Assembly (NCBI GenBank): GCA_030704615.1 | Contig: CM060734.1 | Location: 25,792,001 to 25,856,000, forward strand | DNA: 64,000 nucleotides | Direction: 5' to 3' | Source: Takakia lepidozioides | Taxonomy: Eukaryota; Plantae; Bryophyta | Shown: positions 46,596-60,510 of the stretch, piece after piece | Numbering within the stretch: the first letter of the stretch is position 1 | Layout: the number at the start of each line of letters is the position of its first letter | Translations under genes and position numbers: made by a program | The notes under the pieces: generated by a model | Databases searched by the model: none | Seen by the model: the letters and a program-made list of their open reading frames with translations, nothing else | What the model was told of the DNA's origin: nothing

Positions 46596-49500
46596 ATGAG
46601 TGATGAAAGAGAAGCTAGACTTCACAGATTTTCAGCGAAAAGAGAAAGTTATCTGAAAGCTAATTATCCATATCTTTGGGAGAGAGGAATAGACATAGGC
46701 GAATCATCTGGACCTCTCACACCATTAAGATCAGAGAGTACATCACCCATACCGGATGAACTAGAGTTGGATGAGAAAGATTAAGGGATTTGGTACAAGA
46801 AGAAGATCAGCCACGAGGGGAGAGATCTGAGGTACATCCCTGGATAAAAGATATGACAGAAATCTTTGATAAGAGTTGGCATGGAACACCAAAAGCAAGA
46901 ACTCCAGTTTCTGAAACGGAAGACGAAGAAGGAGGGGAGGATGTGGCAGAGCCAACGGAGAGTTCAGACTCTCCAACACCACTTCAGTTGAGTCACAAGT
47001 GTGAAAAAGAAGAAACCCAAGGGCAGAACTTGGAAGATGAAAACAGAGAGAAGAAATTGGAAGATGAAGAGTATGAAAGAAGTAGACCCAACGGTTGAGG
47101 TTGAGACTACGACCAAGACATCCCAACCTGTTGGACCTGGATCAAGTGGAGCACTTGGATCACAGGCCAACGAAGGTGTCGGCTCAGGGGGATCAGGCGG
47201 GCAGCCTGGATCTGGCTCTGGGGGGACAGGGAGTGTGGGAAGTAGTGCAACTAGAGTTGGGAATATTGTGAATATAGTGGGGCCAGTAGCAGGGAGTGCT
47301 CAGGGGCCACCACCTGGTGGGAGTTCCACCACTACTACAACAGGTCCTCAAGGACCAGCACCAGCAAGGGGACCAGCACCTGTCAGTGGGCAGGATGTAA
47401 GGCCACAGACGGCGGTACAACCAACACGGGCAAAACCACATTTTTCAATATATGCAGGAAAAAAGGATCCTGATGTACATATCAGCCAATTTGACCACAT
47501 GTGTATTGTGAGCAATGAAAATGGCGATGATGCCAAGATGAGACTGTTTCCATGTTCACTTATTAAGAAAGCAAGTGAATGGTATGCAAGATTCCCTGAT
47601 AATCATTTCTTGACCTGGAATGGCCTTAGTACGGCATTCCGAAATAGGTTCAGGACAAGCAATTCTGAGGACGAAGTGTATAGAAGTTTACAACAGTTAA
47701 GGCAAAAGAAGCATGAAACTTTTGAAGAGTACATGGAAAAGATGGAATTAATGATGAAGAAGCTGGCTGCTGTACCAGCACCAGGTTTACAAACGACTTG
47801 GTTTGTGAGTGGACTAAGACCTGAGTTGCAAAAGAAAGTGGATATGCCTACCCCCTAACAGTGGAGGAGGCATTTGAAACAGCCACCAAATTGAGCATTG
47901 GGGATGCTCAGGAGAGAGAAAAGGGGATGATGAGGACTCTGAGGAGGAGTCCTCAGATTAGGAAGAAGAGCAAGAGCTCAAGAGGAAGAGTAAGAAGAAG
48001 GAAAGTTGAAGAGGGACACTATGAGAAAGCTGGAGGAGATCTTGAAGAAGTATTCCACAGGTCTGCAACACATTGGATGAAGGGTGTTTGGGTGCAAAAA
48101 TGCCATGAATGAACGGCCATACCACAAGCTGAATGCCACATGAAGGAGAAACACTGTACTATCTGTAAAATGGGATAACCATTCTACTGAGAATTGTTAT
48201 TATAAGAAAGGACGGCTGCAAGAGAACCTAGGCAAGTAGGGTGCATCAAGTGCAGCCCATCCAAGAAAACCAGTGATCAGGAACCACTATGGTAGGCCTG
48301 GTGGTTATAACAATGGTAACGAAGGGAGAGGTAATCCAAGATGAATTACAAGGAAATCCTAGAGGCAACTATCAGGATAATCCAAGGGAATTACCATCGC
48401 AGGGAATCAGGATTTATAAAATAATTCCAGAGCAGATCCAAGGGCGAGACCCAATGGTGAAGACTAATGTACTATTGTAATCAGGCAGGACATCGCAAGG
48501 CAGCCTGTCATTCTGGATTAGACACCAGAATGAGATGAGAGCTCATGTGGATAGGGCCCAGTGGGGCAGCCCACAGGTTAGGCCATGTGTTTTGTACCAG
48601 AAGTAAGGATAATGATAGTAACCAGAAGAAAGCTAAATTAATACCTCTAGTAGATGAGGAAGGTGATGATAATGAAGATGGCAGTGATGTTGCGAAGATG
48701 AATGAGGCTTGGAGAGATGAGAAGGAACTGCACAGGAAGTGGCTGATACCATGGGAAATGCAGAAGAGTACTGATATCCCTATAGGGCAGATTCCTCTGA
48801 TTTTGCAAGAAGATGAAGTGAGTGAAGAAGTTGAAAGTGAAGAAAGAAGCGTCACAAGTGCAGGGTAATGAAGGGACTTTGGCTGAAGTAATATTCAGTC
48901 CAAGGTGGAGATACCATTGGACAGCTATTGGCTGTGGCACCATCATTGTAGGCACAGGCTGTATCAAGCAACAATCATCAGATTGCCCATGTGACAGGGA
49001 ACACAGACCTGAACAACAAGGTGACAAAGCTTATAGTGTGAAATCCAGAAGGGCGAGAAACATCATGGACTTTGATGATTCTATGCCAGTAATCCAATTG
49101 AGAATTGGAAGCCCAGACCTGACTGATGTACTGATAGATGGAGGCTCTGGAGTGAATATCATGACAGACCAATTAAGGCAGAAGCTTGGTCCAAGTAACA
49201 TGACACCAGCCCCTTCACAGTAACAATGGCAGATCAAAGTGTTCAGCATTAGGCTTGATAAGAACGGAGTCAAGATACAGATTCAGAAGATGATCTTTAA
49301 GATCACAGTGACTGTATTGAAAATGGATGATGTCATGGAAGCTTACTCCTTATTGCTAGGTCGACCGTGGCTGAAACAGGCCTAGGGTATTCCATGACTG
49401 GAATTCCCGTTGCTAACGCAGATACAAATCACCACTAAGAAATCTAGTAGACTACCTGCTACGAGAAGACCTCAAGGAGTCAGAGAGTATAACTGGAGAA

Positions 49501-52500
49501 AAGGACTTGATGAGGAGCAGGAAGCTACCCTGTTCGCTGCACATCCAGAGTGGAAGCAGGTTGCAGAAATGCAACTGGAAGGCCCTAAGTGGTTTTAAAA
49601 GGTATCTACTGTGGGTGTAGTAACAGCAACCACCATTGAGGTGTGAAACCAGCAAGTTACCCACCCATTTCTATAAAGAAAAGAGAGGGAAATGGAAATC
49701 CTAGAAGAACCAACCACTATGAGTTTACAGATGAAGTAGTGACTGGTTGGACAATCACACCACAGCTGATGAGCAGGTGAGAGAAGTGAAATGTGGGAAC
49801 TGAGGAGGAACCGATGAATGGGGAAAGTAGGTGCTGACTTGGAGCCATAATTCTTTGAGGAAGCTAAGAGTCTGTTCATCAAATACCGAGATGTAATTGC
49901 TTGGAGCTATGAGGATCTGAAAGGGATACCACCTAGATTTCCAGCATAAGATTGAACTGGACCAGGGGTCTGTACCAATCAAACAGGCTAGTACAGTATG
50001 AATCCTAACTATGCACAGAAGGTTGGGGAAGAGATCAAGAAGTTTGGTGAGGCTAAGTTCATATACCCAATAGAGTATATAACTTGGTTGTCACCAATTG
50101 TGATAGTTCCCAAGAAGAATGGTAACTTGAGAGTTTGTGTACTATAAGAAGTTGAATGCTTGTACAAAGAAAGATCCCTTCCCTTTGCCATTCACAGAAG
50201 CGGTACTTGACACTGTGGCAGGCCATGAGATGTACTCATTCATGGATGGCTTCAGTGGGTATAACCAAGTGCAAGTGGCAGAAGAAGACCAGGGAAAGAC
50301 AACTTTCAACGTTCATCACAGACTGGGGTGCTTATGCATACAAAGTCATGCCTTTTGGACTTTGTAATGCACCAGCAACTTTCCAGAGAGTGATAAGTGA
50401 ATCTTCCCATGAGTATTTGGATGATTTCATGCAAGTGTTCTTAGATGACTTTAGTGTGTACAACTCTAAGAATGTTTGGCCAGATGCAGGATGAGAGGTC
50501 TCGGACTGAATCCAGAAAAATGTACTTTCTGTGTGAACTCAGGGGTACTTCTGGGACACATTGTGTGTAAGAAGGGATTACTTGTGGACCCCAGAAAGAC
50601 GGAGGCCATTAAGGCATCACCACCACCAGGAAATGTTAAAAGTCTAAGGAGATTCCTTGGACAAACCAGTTACTACAGAAGGTTTGTCAGACGGTATGCG
50701 CAGATGGCAGCACCTTTGAGTAAGCTTCTAAAGAAGGATGCAATGTTTACATGGACAACGGAATGTCAACAGGCTTTTGAGGAACTTACATTGTCAGTAA
50801 CAACTACACCTGTGCTGATTACCCCTCACTGGCACGTAGTATTTTATGTACACTGTGATGACTCAGGAGAAGCATTGGGAGTTTTGTTAGCCCAAAATAT
50901 CAGAGGAAACATAGATTCACGTGTGTACTATGCAAGCAGGTGTTGAACAGTGCTGAAAGGACTATAGCACAACTGAAAGAGAAGCATTGCAAGGGTTTAT
51001 GCAGTCAAGAAATTCAGGCATTACCTATTGGAAGAAAGTTCATGTTTTATCTGATTCATCAGGCTTTGATTTATCTGGTGAACCAGCCTTTGATAAGTGG
51101 CAGGATAGCAAGATGGTTAATAATCCTGCACGAGTTTTGAATTCGAAGTTGTTTTACAAGCCTGGCCATTTGCATCTTGTGGCAGATCACTTGTCATGCT
51201 TAACAACAGAGAGAGGCCGCCACGAGTAGTAGACAATTACTACCCGATGCGAGTTTTATTTGCAGTGGAGATTCAAGGAAGTGCAGATATTGGTTAGATT
51301 GGCAGTGGCCAATGAGATACTACCTTACTCATGGTCAGTGCCCACCTAGTTTAGGGGGAGAATCAGAGGAAGAGAATAGCTATCAGGCTTTACCTTCACT
51401 TGATAGGTGGCAGAATGTATAGCTAGGACCTGATGGAGTTCCAAACGATGCTTGTACCACCATGAAGTAAATAAAGTTTTGGAGGAAGTTCATAAAGGAG
51501 TGGCTGGAGGTCATTTTGGATAAGAGACTACCAGTAGAAAGATACTACTTGCAGGTTACTGGTTGCCTACTTTGTTTCAAGGATGTTCACAATTATTGCA
51601 AGAGTTTGTGATGAGTGTCAGAGGCTAGGAAACCATTGCAGAGATCTGGGAAGATGGCTTTGCATCCCCTACGATGCCTACTAAAAAACCATTTCAGAAA
51701 TGGGGACTAGACTTTGTTGGGACCAATTAACCCCCGCCTAGAAATACACAGAACAAGTATATATCATAGCCAGGGATTATACTACCAAAGTGGGTGGAAG
51801 CTTAAAGCTCTGAGGGACAACACAGCTAAGTCTACAAAAAAGTTCCTGTATGAGAACATACTTACAAGATTTGGTTGTCCCCTGGAATTTATCAGTGACC
51901 AGGGAAGTCACTTCATTAATGAGACCATAGAACTATTGACTAAAGAGTTTATGATTGTGCATAGGAAGAATACAACCTATTACCCACAGGGTAATGGGCA
52001 GGCAATAGGCCACCAACAAAATACTATGTACTATCTTGGCTAAGATAGTCAATGCAAACTGAAAAGATTGGGATACAAAGCTGCTGACAGCTTTGTGGTC
52101 ATACAGGACTTCATAAAGTCACCACTAAGTATACACCATTCCAATTAGTTTTATGGTATGGAAGTCTTTTCCTTCCATTGGAGTTCTTGTTACCACCCTA
52201 CATGAGAACTGAATGGGGAAGGAGAATGGAATTGGAAGATTCAATTAAGGTCAGGAAACATGAATTATACCATGTGGAAGAAGTACATGCTGATGCAGTA
52301 GATAACATGACCAGAATTCAGATGAGGAGGAAGGATCAGTTTGATGAAGGTAATTTAAAGATTTTTAAGACGGGAGATTTGGTACTGTGGTTGCAGAAGA
52401 AGGGAAGATTAAGCTTCTAAGCTTAAATCACCATGAAAAAAGACCTTATTTCATACAGAAGATGTATGATAACAACACAGCCATGTTACAAACCATTAAC

Positions 52501-52620
52501 AAAGAGATGCTGGGAAGAGTCGATGCCAATAAGTTGAAGGATATAGTGGTATCCATGACAAACCATTGCGGCACGATTTGCATGTTGAAACACAGAAACA
52601 GTCACGAGCTGCACCGGTGA
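46596..52620 (+). pseudogene. gag-pol: gag-pol of A5, many indels
   Basis: Capsid DPDVHISQFDHMC; PR VLIDGGSGVNIM; RT, RH and INT motifs as in A3. Confidence 0.92.
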
Positions 52621-53213
52621 TACCAATGGAGTATGGAGCACTTGTCATTAAGCTGAGTGTGTATGGCCAGGGCGGAAGGTACAGGTGTTCGCATAGATAT
52701 CACAACCCACCACAATGTCACACAGTCTATCACAGCCCATCACAGCATCACACAGCCTATCACAGCACGTCACAGTCTGACACACAGTCCCTGTCACAAC
52801 AGCCTAACACAACCCACGCGGGTTGCAACAGTCCATAGGGTTAGGACAGGTGGATGCGGGTTAACGTCAGAAAAAATGGCCGGCGGGTGAAAGGACAGCT
52901 GGAAGTAAAACTCGGAGAATGTGCCACGCGGACAGGGGGGGACGGCGGCATGTCTAAAAACGAACACGTGGCCACTAGGGCAAAGCACATCGTGGTGCAT
53001 ATATTGCAAAAGTGGGTGTCATCATGCAAGAGGACAAACTGGGTCGTCAAAGTACCTACCCGTACACAAGCAGCCAAACTATTTGTTGCGCGCCCATTAA
53101 TGCATTCAGAATAAAAGTAACGGAACCCTTCACGAGTACAGAAAAGGTCTTTTGCCGCATGTGCTGTCCTTGTGGACATTCCAGGTGGGAATGTCCACTG
53201 AGGGGGGTAAATT

Positions 53214-54591
53214 ACCTCTCGTGTGTACCCAGTCTTCTTGGCCCGTTGGTTGTAAATACAATGGCTGGTATTATGATTGTTCATATGACAAATATCACAC
53301 TATTTGTCCTTCATATGGCATTCCGTTGCCAGGTGTCCTGCAGTCCCGCATTTGTGACACCATGTTGCCTTTCGTGGCCCTTCATTTTTAAAATTCTTGA
53401 TAGCCTCTGCTATCTTTAGATCCAAGTGGTTTTGTCAATCACTTCTTTCTTCTTTTGCTTGGGCTTTTCTTCATCATCAGAGTCTTCTTCCTCCAAGAGA
53501 TCCTTGGAATCTTTGCTTATGCTCTGATGGAATCCCAATTCCAACTTCTTTGCAGTCCCTACTGCTTCAGCCAAAGTGTTGTTAGGCATGACTGTAACCA
53601 TGGTTACGTATTCAGGACGAAGTCCATTGATGAACCATGATTTTTGCAAATCATCCCCTGGTGCTTGAGGTAGTTTCTTGATCAGAGTCTTCATTCTCTA
53701 CATGTAGTCGACTACCAATTATTTCTTTTTCTGTCTTAGGTTCTGTAATCCTGTGAAGATTTTAGACGTGGATTTGTTGGATCTATATCTTTCTTGAAAC
53801 GCGGCTCTCATATCCGCCCAATTTGCAAAGTGATTGGGTGGGAAAGTTACTAACCATCCAATGCCTTTCCGAGCCATTGAACAAGGAAATAGTCGGATCT
53901 TCTCTTGGTCTGTTGCTTCATTGTAAATGGTGCACATGTTTTCAAATTGATTAAGATGGATATCTGGATCAGATTTCCCATCATATAAAGGAAATGGTGG
54001 TCTGGTTTTGTTTGCTGCTAAAGCCATCGGTGCAGCTGGTGCAACTGGTTGTCCAAACTGGGATGGTCCCGCTGCTGCTGGCTGTGGTGGTGTTGGTTTT
54101 TGTCTTCCAAACAATGATTCAAAGCTAGGAGGTCCTTGTCCCAATGATAGTCGTCTTCCAGCTGCTGTCCCTACTAAGCTTAATGAATCTTTAAAAGCTT
54201 TGAGTGTAGTTCTGGTTATCATTTCTGGAGAAGTGCTTTCACTTCTTTCACCTTCTTCACTCAAAATGTTCTCAAATCTTTCTTCTAATATTTTAGCAAA
54301 ACCTCGATTTGGGCTTGTTACTGTAGAAGGTCTTTCAGATCTTTCTTGTGGTAACCATTCACCAAGTACATTACTGGCAACTTCTTCTGGTGTAGTGTTC
54401 TCACTTCCCACCGATCCGATTTCCTGATCTTCTGGTTTATCACTGTTTGATGTCTCACCTTGAATAATTTTCAAGTTCTGTAATTCTGGGAACTCTTCTC
54501 TTAACCGAGCCTCCCTTTCTGCAGTATATTTCTCTATTTGTTCAGCTCTGTCTTGTTTAGCTTTTTCTTTAATTTCCTCATTCATTCCCAC
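53214..54591 (-). pseudogene. gag: gag of family B
   Basis: Capsid homologous to A gag; two CCHC knuckles; in-frame stops. Confidence 0.85.
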
Positions 54592-54819
54592 ATCATATGT
54601 AGAATTCCTTTTCGGTACCCTTTAAACAGTCTTGGTATGTCAGTAAAGAAAATTTATAGTGTCTCTACCCTTTCTTCAAGATTTATCCTGTCTTGCAAGA
54701 ATCCGTATTACGACTTAATTTTCTTGTTTACTGATTGATCACCAAACTTTTAATGGGCACAATAATACCATCTGTCTTTTTCAGTGTATCTGACTTGCAA
54801 TAAGTCTTTGGGTATCCAA

Positions 54820-57444
54820 TGTAGTGTGAATGCAGGGGGGTGACATTGAAATTTTTGTTTTTACTCACTGAGATTATGCATTTCTACAAAGGAAGGGCCC
54901 TGGTACCAATGTGAAAATAGGTTGAGTTGTCCCTGCAATTTATTCCATACATGTTTCTAGGTTACATCATGGGATCGATGGGGAACTCTTGGCCAGGATG
55001 AAAATGCTCAATTTATTTCATACATGCTATGGGCGGAATTCATCCCTGCCTACAGGTTATTTCATGGGCACACTATGCTGATACTTTGCCAGGATGAAAG
55101 TGGCTAAGTCTTGACCAGACGTATTTTCATCCGGAGGATGAATGGATTACATCCATGCTTACTGGATGACTCCCAGGAACAAGGACGAAGGATCTAGTGC
55201 CAAGGATGCAATGAATTTGTGATTAACTCTGTTAATGAAACCTAGCACGTTTTCCGTTCGTGAAAATGGATGACTTTCATCATTGGCGGTTACCCTAGAA
55301 ACGCGGGACGAGGAAGACGAAGGGGAAGATGACGGGGGCTCTGAGCAGATGCTGCGAACAGTGGAATTGGCAGGACATTGTGTCAAGGGCGATTGCATCT
55401 ACGCTGGGGCATTCTGGCTTTCATTAAGGGAAGTTTTTATGTAGAGGATAAGGGCACAACTTGGTAATCTGTACAGTAGGGGAAGCGGTGCCGCCATCTT
55501 TTTGGTAATGATCAATTTCTGGAGGATATGCTTATAGGGATATCGGTGTGGCATGCGATGGAGCAATCAGTTAACACGCGGTGCCGTCGCTGCTATGGTT
55601 AATGGGTAGCTTGGGGCTTGCTGGAGGATAATCGTGCAGGGAACAGCTTGGAAGAGTTGTGCTCAAGCCAGGTGAAGGGAGGCGGTGCTGTCACTAATCT
55701 TGTGCAACCACCAGAGCCGCCATTGCCTTGATGAACATGATCATGGGAGGATGAGCTTGCAAGGAAAACGGCCACCTGCCAGAGAACAGGGAGGTGGGGT
55801 TGCTGGCACAGTCAATGGAGAGTTAGGATGAGGAGCAGCTCGACATAACGAGCATCTGCCAGAGCGAATGAGGGATTGGCTTGTGGATGGTGACTCAGGT
55901 TATCTGTAAATAAGGAGGCAAAGAGTGAAATGTACAGAGCAAGAAGCTTTCAGATGATGATTGTCTTCTTGTTATAAGATCATATCAGATCTTAGGGTAG
56001 ATTAGCACAGATGGTGGGATAGAGTAGTTAGTTGGCAAGCGACAGGGTTACTGCCATGGACTAAAGCAGAGCCGTCATGACTCACTGAACGCTTGAATCG
56101 ACGAATATCTGAAAGGTAGAGTGGCAGAGCGATGACAGGATCTGACATGCATAGATCTTTGTTTTTACGACGTGGCATTCAGACGACAAGAGGAGTTAGG
56201 GTAGCTGCTGACAGAGATGGTGAGGTTCCATTTTGGGCAGGCAATCCCACCGCTTCACCTGGAGTATAAGACAACGAAGTTCGTAGATGCATGGCTCTTC
56301 TCTCAGACTTAGGAATAGTGGCTTCTTTTTCACTTAGGAATAGTTGTTGTTGCTTGGACTTAGGAGCTATCAAGCAAGACTGATGTAGGAGATAAGATTT
56401 TGAGAAATGGAATGGAGGTGGCCTGACTTCAAACCATGGAGATTGTAGAGAGGATGTGAGAGGATGCATATGTCCCTGGGGATATTGATTAGAGGGCAGA
56501 TGCAGTCCCACCATAGTCACTGAGTGTATGATATTTCTTTTGCTTCAGATCATCTGTTTCCAGTAGCATGAATCTGGACCCAATGTTGCATTGAAGGTTG
56601 ATGTCAAATGTACATGCAATTTTGAGCACAGTAGAGCACAAATCAGTAGGGTTAGCTGCCTTTTTAACAATAGAAAGATGAGGGTGATGGTGTTTCATTG
56701 GAGAACTAGGGTATCCTGAATTTATGTGGCATGCATACATTAGAGGGATGAAGTGGAAAATTATCTTAAGCTGTTTAGTGTAGTTGCCTTACTGAAGCTG
56801 AAACCTGAAGTTTGATCCCAGAATGAGGGATTTAGTTTGGGAACTCTATTGGTTCAAAGCTGAATGCAAAAGGTGAGGATGGGGTAGAATGTAGATAAAG
56901 ATAATGGGCTCTTTATCACTGACTGACAGACCTGAATTGTCTCTGAAAGCAATCAGAATGGAGGGCCTTGTTTGGGAAGAGAGAATGAGCAAACAGGGAA
57001 TGTGGGGCATCCTTGACATATCAAATCACAAATTTTGTATCTGGTCTTGCTGGATGTGTTGCCTTGGTGTAATTGCACAACATGTAGGAAGGGTGCAGTG
57101 TTCTACATGATACCCAAGGAATATTTTGTCATGCAAGGGTGAGAAAATAAATCTGGAGAGCTGCACAGAAACAGGAAGAACGAAGGGATAACCAGTTGTA
57201 AGCTGAGAGATAGAAATGGAAAAGCTTCCCAGTCCCATCCATGTTTTCTCTTCCGCTGCGGCATGGATGAGGGCATCTGGTCTCTGGTCACGAACAGAAA
57301 AGGGTCAATGATTGAGGATAGTGAGTTAGGGTAGCAAACTTGTCTTCACTAGGGTGTAGTGGGCTGGGGCAGCAAGCTTCTTTGCACTACGAACCAGATT
57401 TAGATTTTTACAGAAGGGATTCATGCCCTTCTTTTCACACTACA
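54820..57444 (+). mobile_element. Solo LTR, family C
   Basis: TGTAGTGTGAA...TTCACACTACA; TSD CCAA/CCAG; removing the LTR and one 4-bp copy restores EYWIPKD in B ORF0. Confidence 0.9.
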
Positions 57445-57836
57445 CCAGTACTCCACTGCTTCTATGATCGTGTGACAATATTCAATCCTTCTCTGAAAAT
57501 ATAACTAGTGTAACAAACTTTTCTGATTGGGATTAGAGTAATCAATAGAGCTAGACGAGACAACCACTCTTCACTTCTAATCCTACATTCCCAAGGTGCT
57601 CGTGTAATACTGATCACTCCTCTCTTCAATCCCCATTTGTCATCTTCTTTCGCGACTGAAAGAAAGATTTTCTGTTGTATTGCTCTTGGTAAACCATGAA
57701 AATTTTCCAAGAATGTTTTCCATTCCTTTGCTTCTGTTGACTCGTTCTGTCGTGATTTCAAGAAATCACTGATTAACCATCCTTCTTTGAGTACTTTTGA
57801 ACTCAACATACCGTTAGTCCCCTGTATGGTTGCCAA
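57445..57836 (-). pseudogene. Family B ORF0 homologue, N-terminal part (continues at ~54740-54819)
   Basis: GWLISDF...FHGLPRAIQQKIF...WGLKRGVISI...WL...IRKV and WIPKD align with A ORF0. Confidence 0.75.
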
Positions 57837-58509
57837 ATGTTAACCGCTGGTTTATGACTTAGACAAAACAGACTATCAACACTACTGCCCATTTCCTAAG
57901 ACATGCAACAGAGGTTGTCCGACGGTATGCTTTCATAAACAATTACGAAGAGAAAACAAGAACTATTCTGAGATGATACACATTCTCTCCATCTCACCTT
58001 CACTCTACACATAGATACTTCGAATAGCATGGCTTTACTTCAGAGCTTCGATACATCATCACAAAAGTATACACTGATCACTGATACTCATACTCATATT
58101 GCACACCTTCTAAGTTGTGTTTAGTCCTTTTATACTATGCTCGAAAGAGCCGTTACAGTCTGCGGTCGTTAATGACCGTTTGCCTAACTACCTACGCAAC
58201 CTAAAAGGTTTGCTAAAAAGTGGCTCGTTGCAGTGGTCGTGAGCCATAGTGGTAAACGGTCCACTACTCCCTCTATTGGTTAAAGCCAATGCTAACATGG
58301 CCGTGTGATATCATGGTTCACGGCTCACGGTTACTACACTACCCACTACTGCTCTCGTGGTAATGTACCCTTGTCCCGCCATTGGCTAAGTACCGCGTAC
58401 TTAGTCGTCTCTGCCTGTGGCTCAGGTAGTGTACGGCCATCACTACCCAGTATGTCCCGTTGTGACCCTCGTTGTCTGTCCCTCATATCATAGCCATTAT
58501 CACATCACA

Positions 58510-60510
58510 CTGTGGAGGATCAGGGAGAACAGCAGCAAGTTCACTGTGAAGATCCACAGCAGGCCATGCTTATGAGTTCCATAAGCAGGACACTCAATTT
58601 GTTGGGCACATATGTGAAATCCCATGTTCCATCTACACAATTGGCAGCTTTGAGGAAATAACTCAAGCAAGAGTTTGAGGCTAGAATTGCCACTGAGTGT
58701 GCAAACAAGGTAGATGTGGAGGCCAACCTCAAGTTACAGAAAGAGTTGGACACAAAGGCTGCCTTGCAGCTAGCAAAGGGGAATCTGATTGAAGTGGGTC
58801 TGGAGCAGGGGAAATTGCATGAAGCACATAAGCAGCAGCTATACCAATTGCAGGTGCAGCATGAGGGAAAATTGCTAGAAGTGAAGGTGCTTCATACATA
58901 GTTGGAGACAGTTCATCAGAGAATGACCATACAATGTGCCACACTAACAACTGTTCTGCAGCAGACTGCGTTAGAAGTTAACAGACAAGCAGAGAGCTGT
59001 ATGATGGCTGAGGCTAAGACAGTAGAGCAGGGGAAACTTATTGCTGATCTGAAGGCTACTCTCCGTCGCAATGAGGATACTTTCCAATAGTACAGTCGAG
59101 TTGAGGCTGAAAAGGAAAGGTTCATCCTGCAGTTGCAACAATCACTCATGGGCCACAAGAATGAACTCTCTGTGGCTTGGAAGGAAGCCAATAATCTGGC
59201 TACTGCCTATGCGGCCCTGGTTGACCCTCATGCAAAGCGCATGGAAGCTTTACAACAGCAGTTAGATGTGTACAGACTCAAGGAGGAGCAGGCTCTCAGG
59301 GGTGCTACACAGGACTTGGTGGATAATCATCTTATGCAAGTATGGTTAACACAAGGGCCGGTGGAAGGGAAAGCACCACGAAAGCTCACTCAAGGGGAGA
59401 TGAATGATCTCAGATTGCAAGTCCAGAACATTGCCACAATTACTATAGACAATGTCTATAGTAGGATTGCGGAGTTACAGGTTGATGTGGAAGGCCTGTA
59501 AACTCAAGTGGATGACCTGAGTTCCAATATTGACAAAAGAGTCTTTGTTCCTGAGCAGCAGCTGGTGGCTACTTATTTGCATGCCAAGACTCTGATTTTC
59601 CAGTCTTCATCACAGGAGGTGCAAGAGTTGCCAGCAGTAGGAGGGACAACGGCGGCAATATCACAACCTCTACAGCAGGTGGCTGTGCAGATGGCCGTGC
59701 AGATGGCTGATGCTGTCGATACCATGGCGCAACCACAGTCTAAGGTTTGGGGGGATGCTGCTTTCAACCCACCTAGGACTCCTGCTGCGCGGGAGTACAA
59801 TCGGGCTATGATTATGCCCTTCAACCAAATTCCCATTGTGATGGATTTGGCTTTGAAGGAATTCAATCCTCCACAATCTTTGGCACATTATTACCAGATC
59901 ATGCGCATTTGGTTGCTAGTGGCAACTCGGACTATGGTTCTTCCGAACAATCGACCCATTGAGGATCATCATTTTGCAAGGTACTGGTCTGAGACAAGCA
60001 CCATGCTGAAGGAATTAATTGCCTTCCAGGTTGTTCATGGGTACATCTACACCAAGACCAAGGAGGTATCTAGTATTGTCATGGGCTGTGGATTGTACTA
60101 TGCTGCTTGTTTCTTTGCACGTTATCACATTGAGCAGCAGAAGATGCAGTCAAGATTTCTGAGTTATTCCAGTGGAGATCATTGGGTCTTACCTTTGGTT
60201 CCACCTTATATGTATCTATATGATGCGAAGATCATGATGCAGAAGGATTCCCAGCTTCGTTCATGGTTTAATTTGGCTTGGAACAACTTGGCCAAAGAAA
60301 AATTGGGCCCTGATGATATTTTTTATAAAGGACATGAAGCCTGGAGATACTTACACTGTTCCAAGGTCATTGGCACACCTCTTACCTATACGGCCAAGGA
60401 GTTCAGGGAATTCACTCATTTTGCTTGCAAGCGATTAAAACAAGTACTCCAGTTCAAGCTTCCAGACATGGTGGGCCAACACTGCAAGCCATGCAGGAAT
60501 CCCGAGGAAC
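58510..60510 (+). pseudogene. Second copy of the family A 3' extra ORF (C-terminal ~two thirds)
   Basis: Collinear with 39670-37700 (VWGDAAFNPP, YYQIMRIWL, MGCGLYYAAC). Confidence 0.88.

Larger units (their letters stand above)
45000..53213 (+). mobile_element. Family A copy A5: LTR 45000-45987, PBS 45990-46006, ORF0, gag, pol; probably continues at 58510-60510
   Basis: All domains in order, heavily frameshifted; collinear with A3 from RT onwards. Confidence 0.92.
53214..58509 (-). mobile_element. Family B element, 5' part (LTR 57838-58509, PBS ~57818-57835, ORF0, gag), interrupted by a C solo LTR
   Basis: TGTGATGTG...GCGGTTAACA then TTTGGCAACCATACAGGGGA; gag YDGKSDPDIHLNQFENMC and zinc knuckles CHKCGTAGHLATEC and CDICHMNNHNTSHC. 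Confidence 0.85.
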
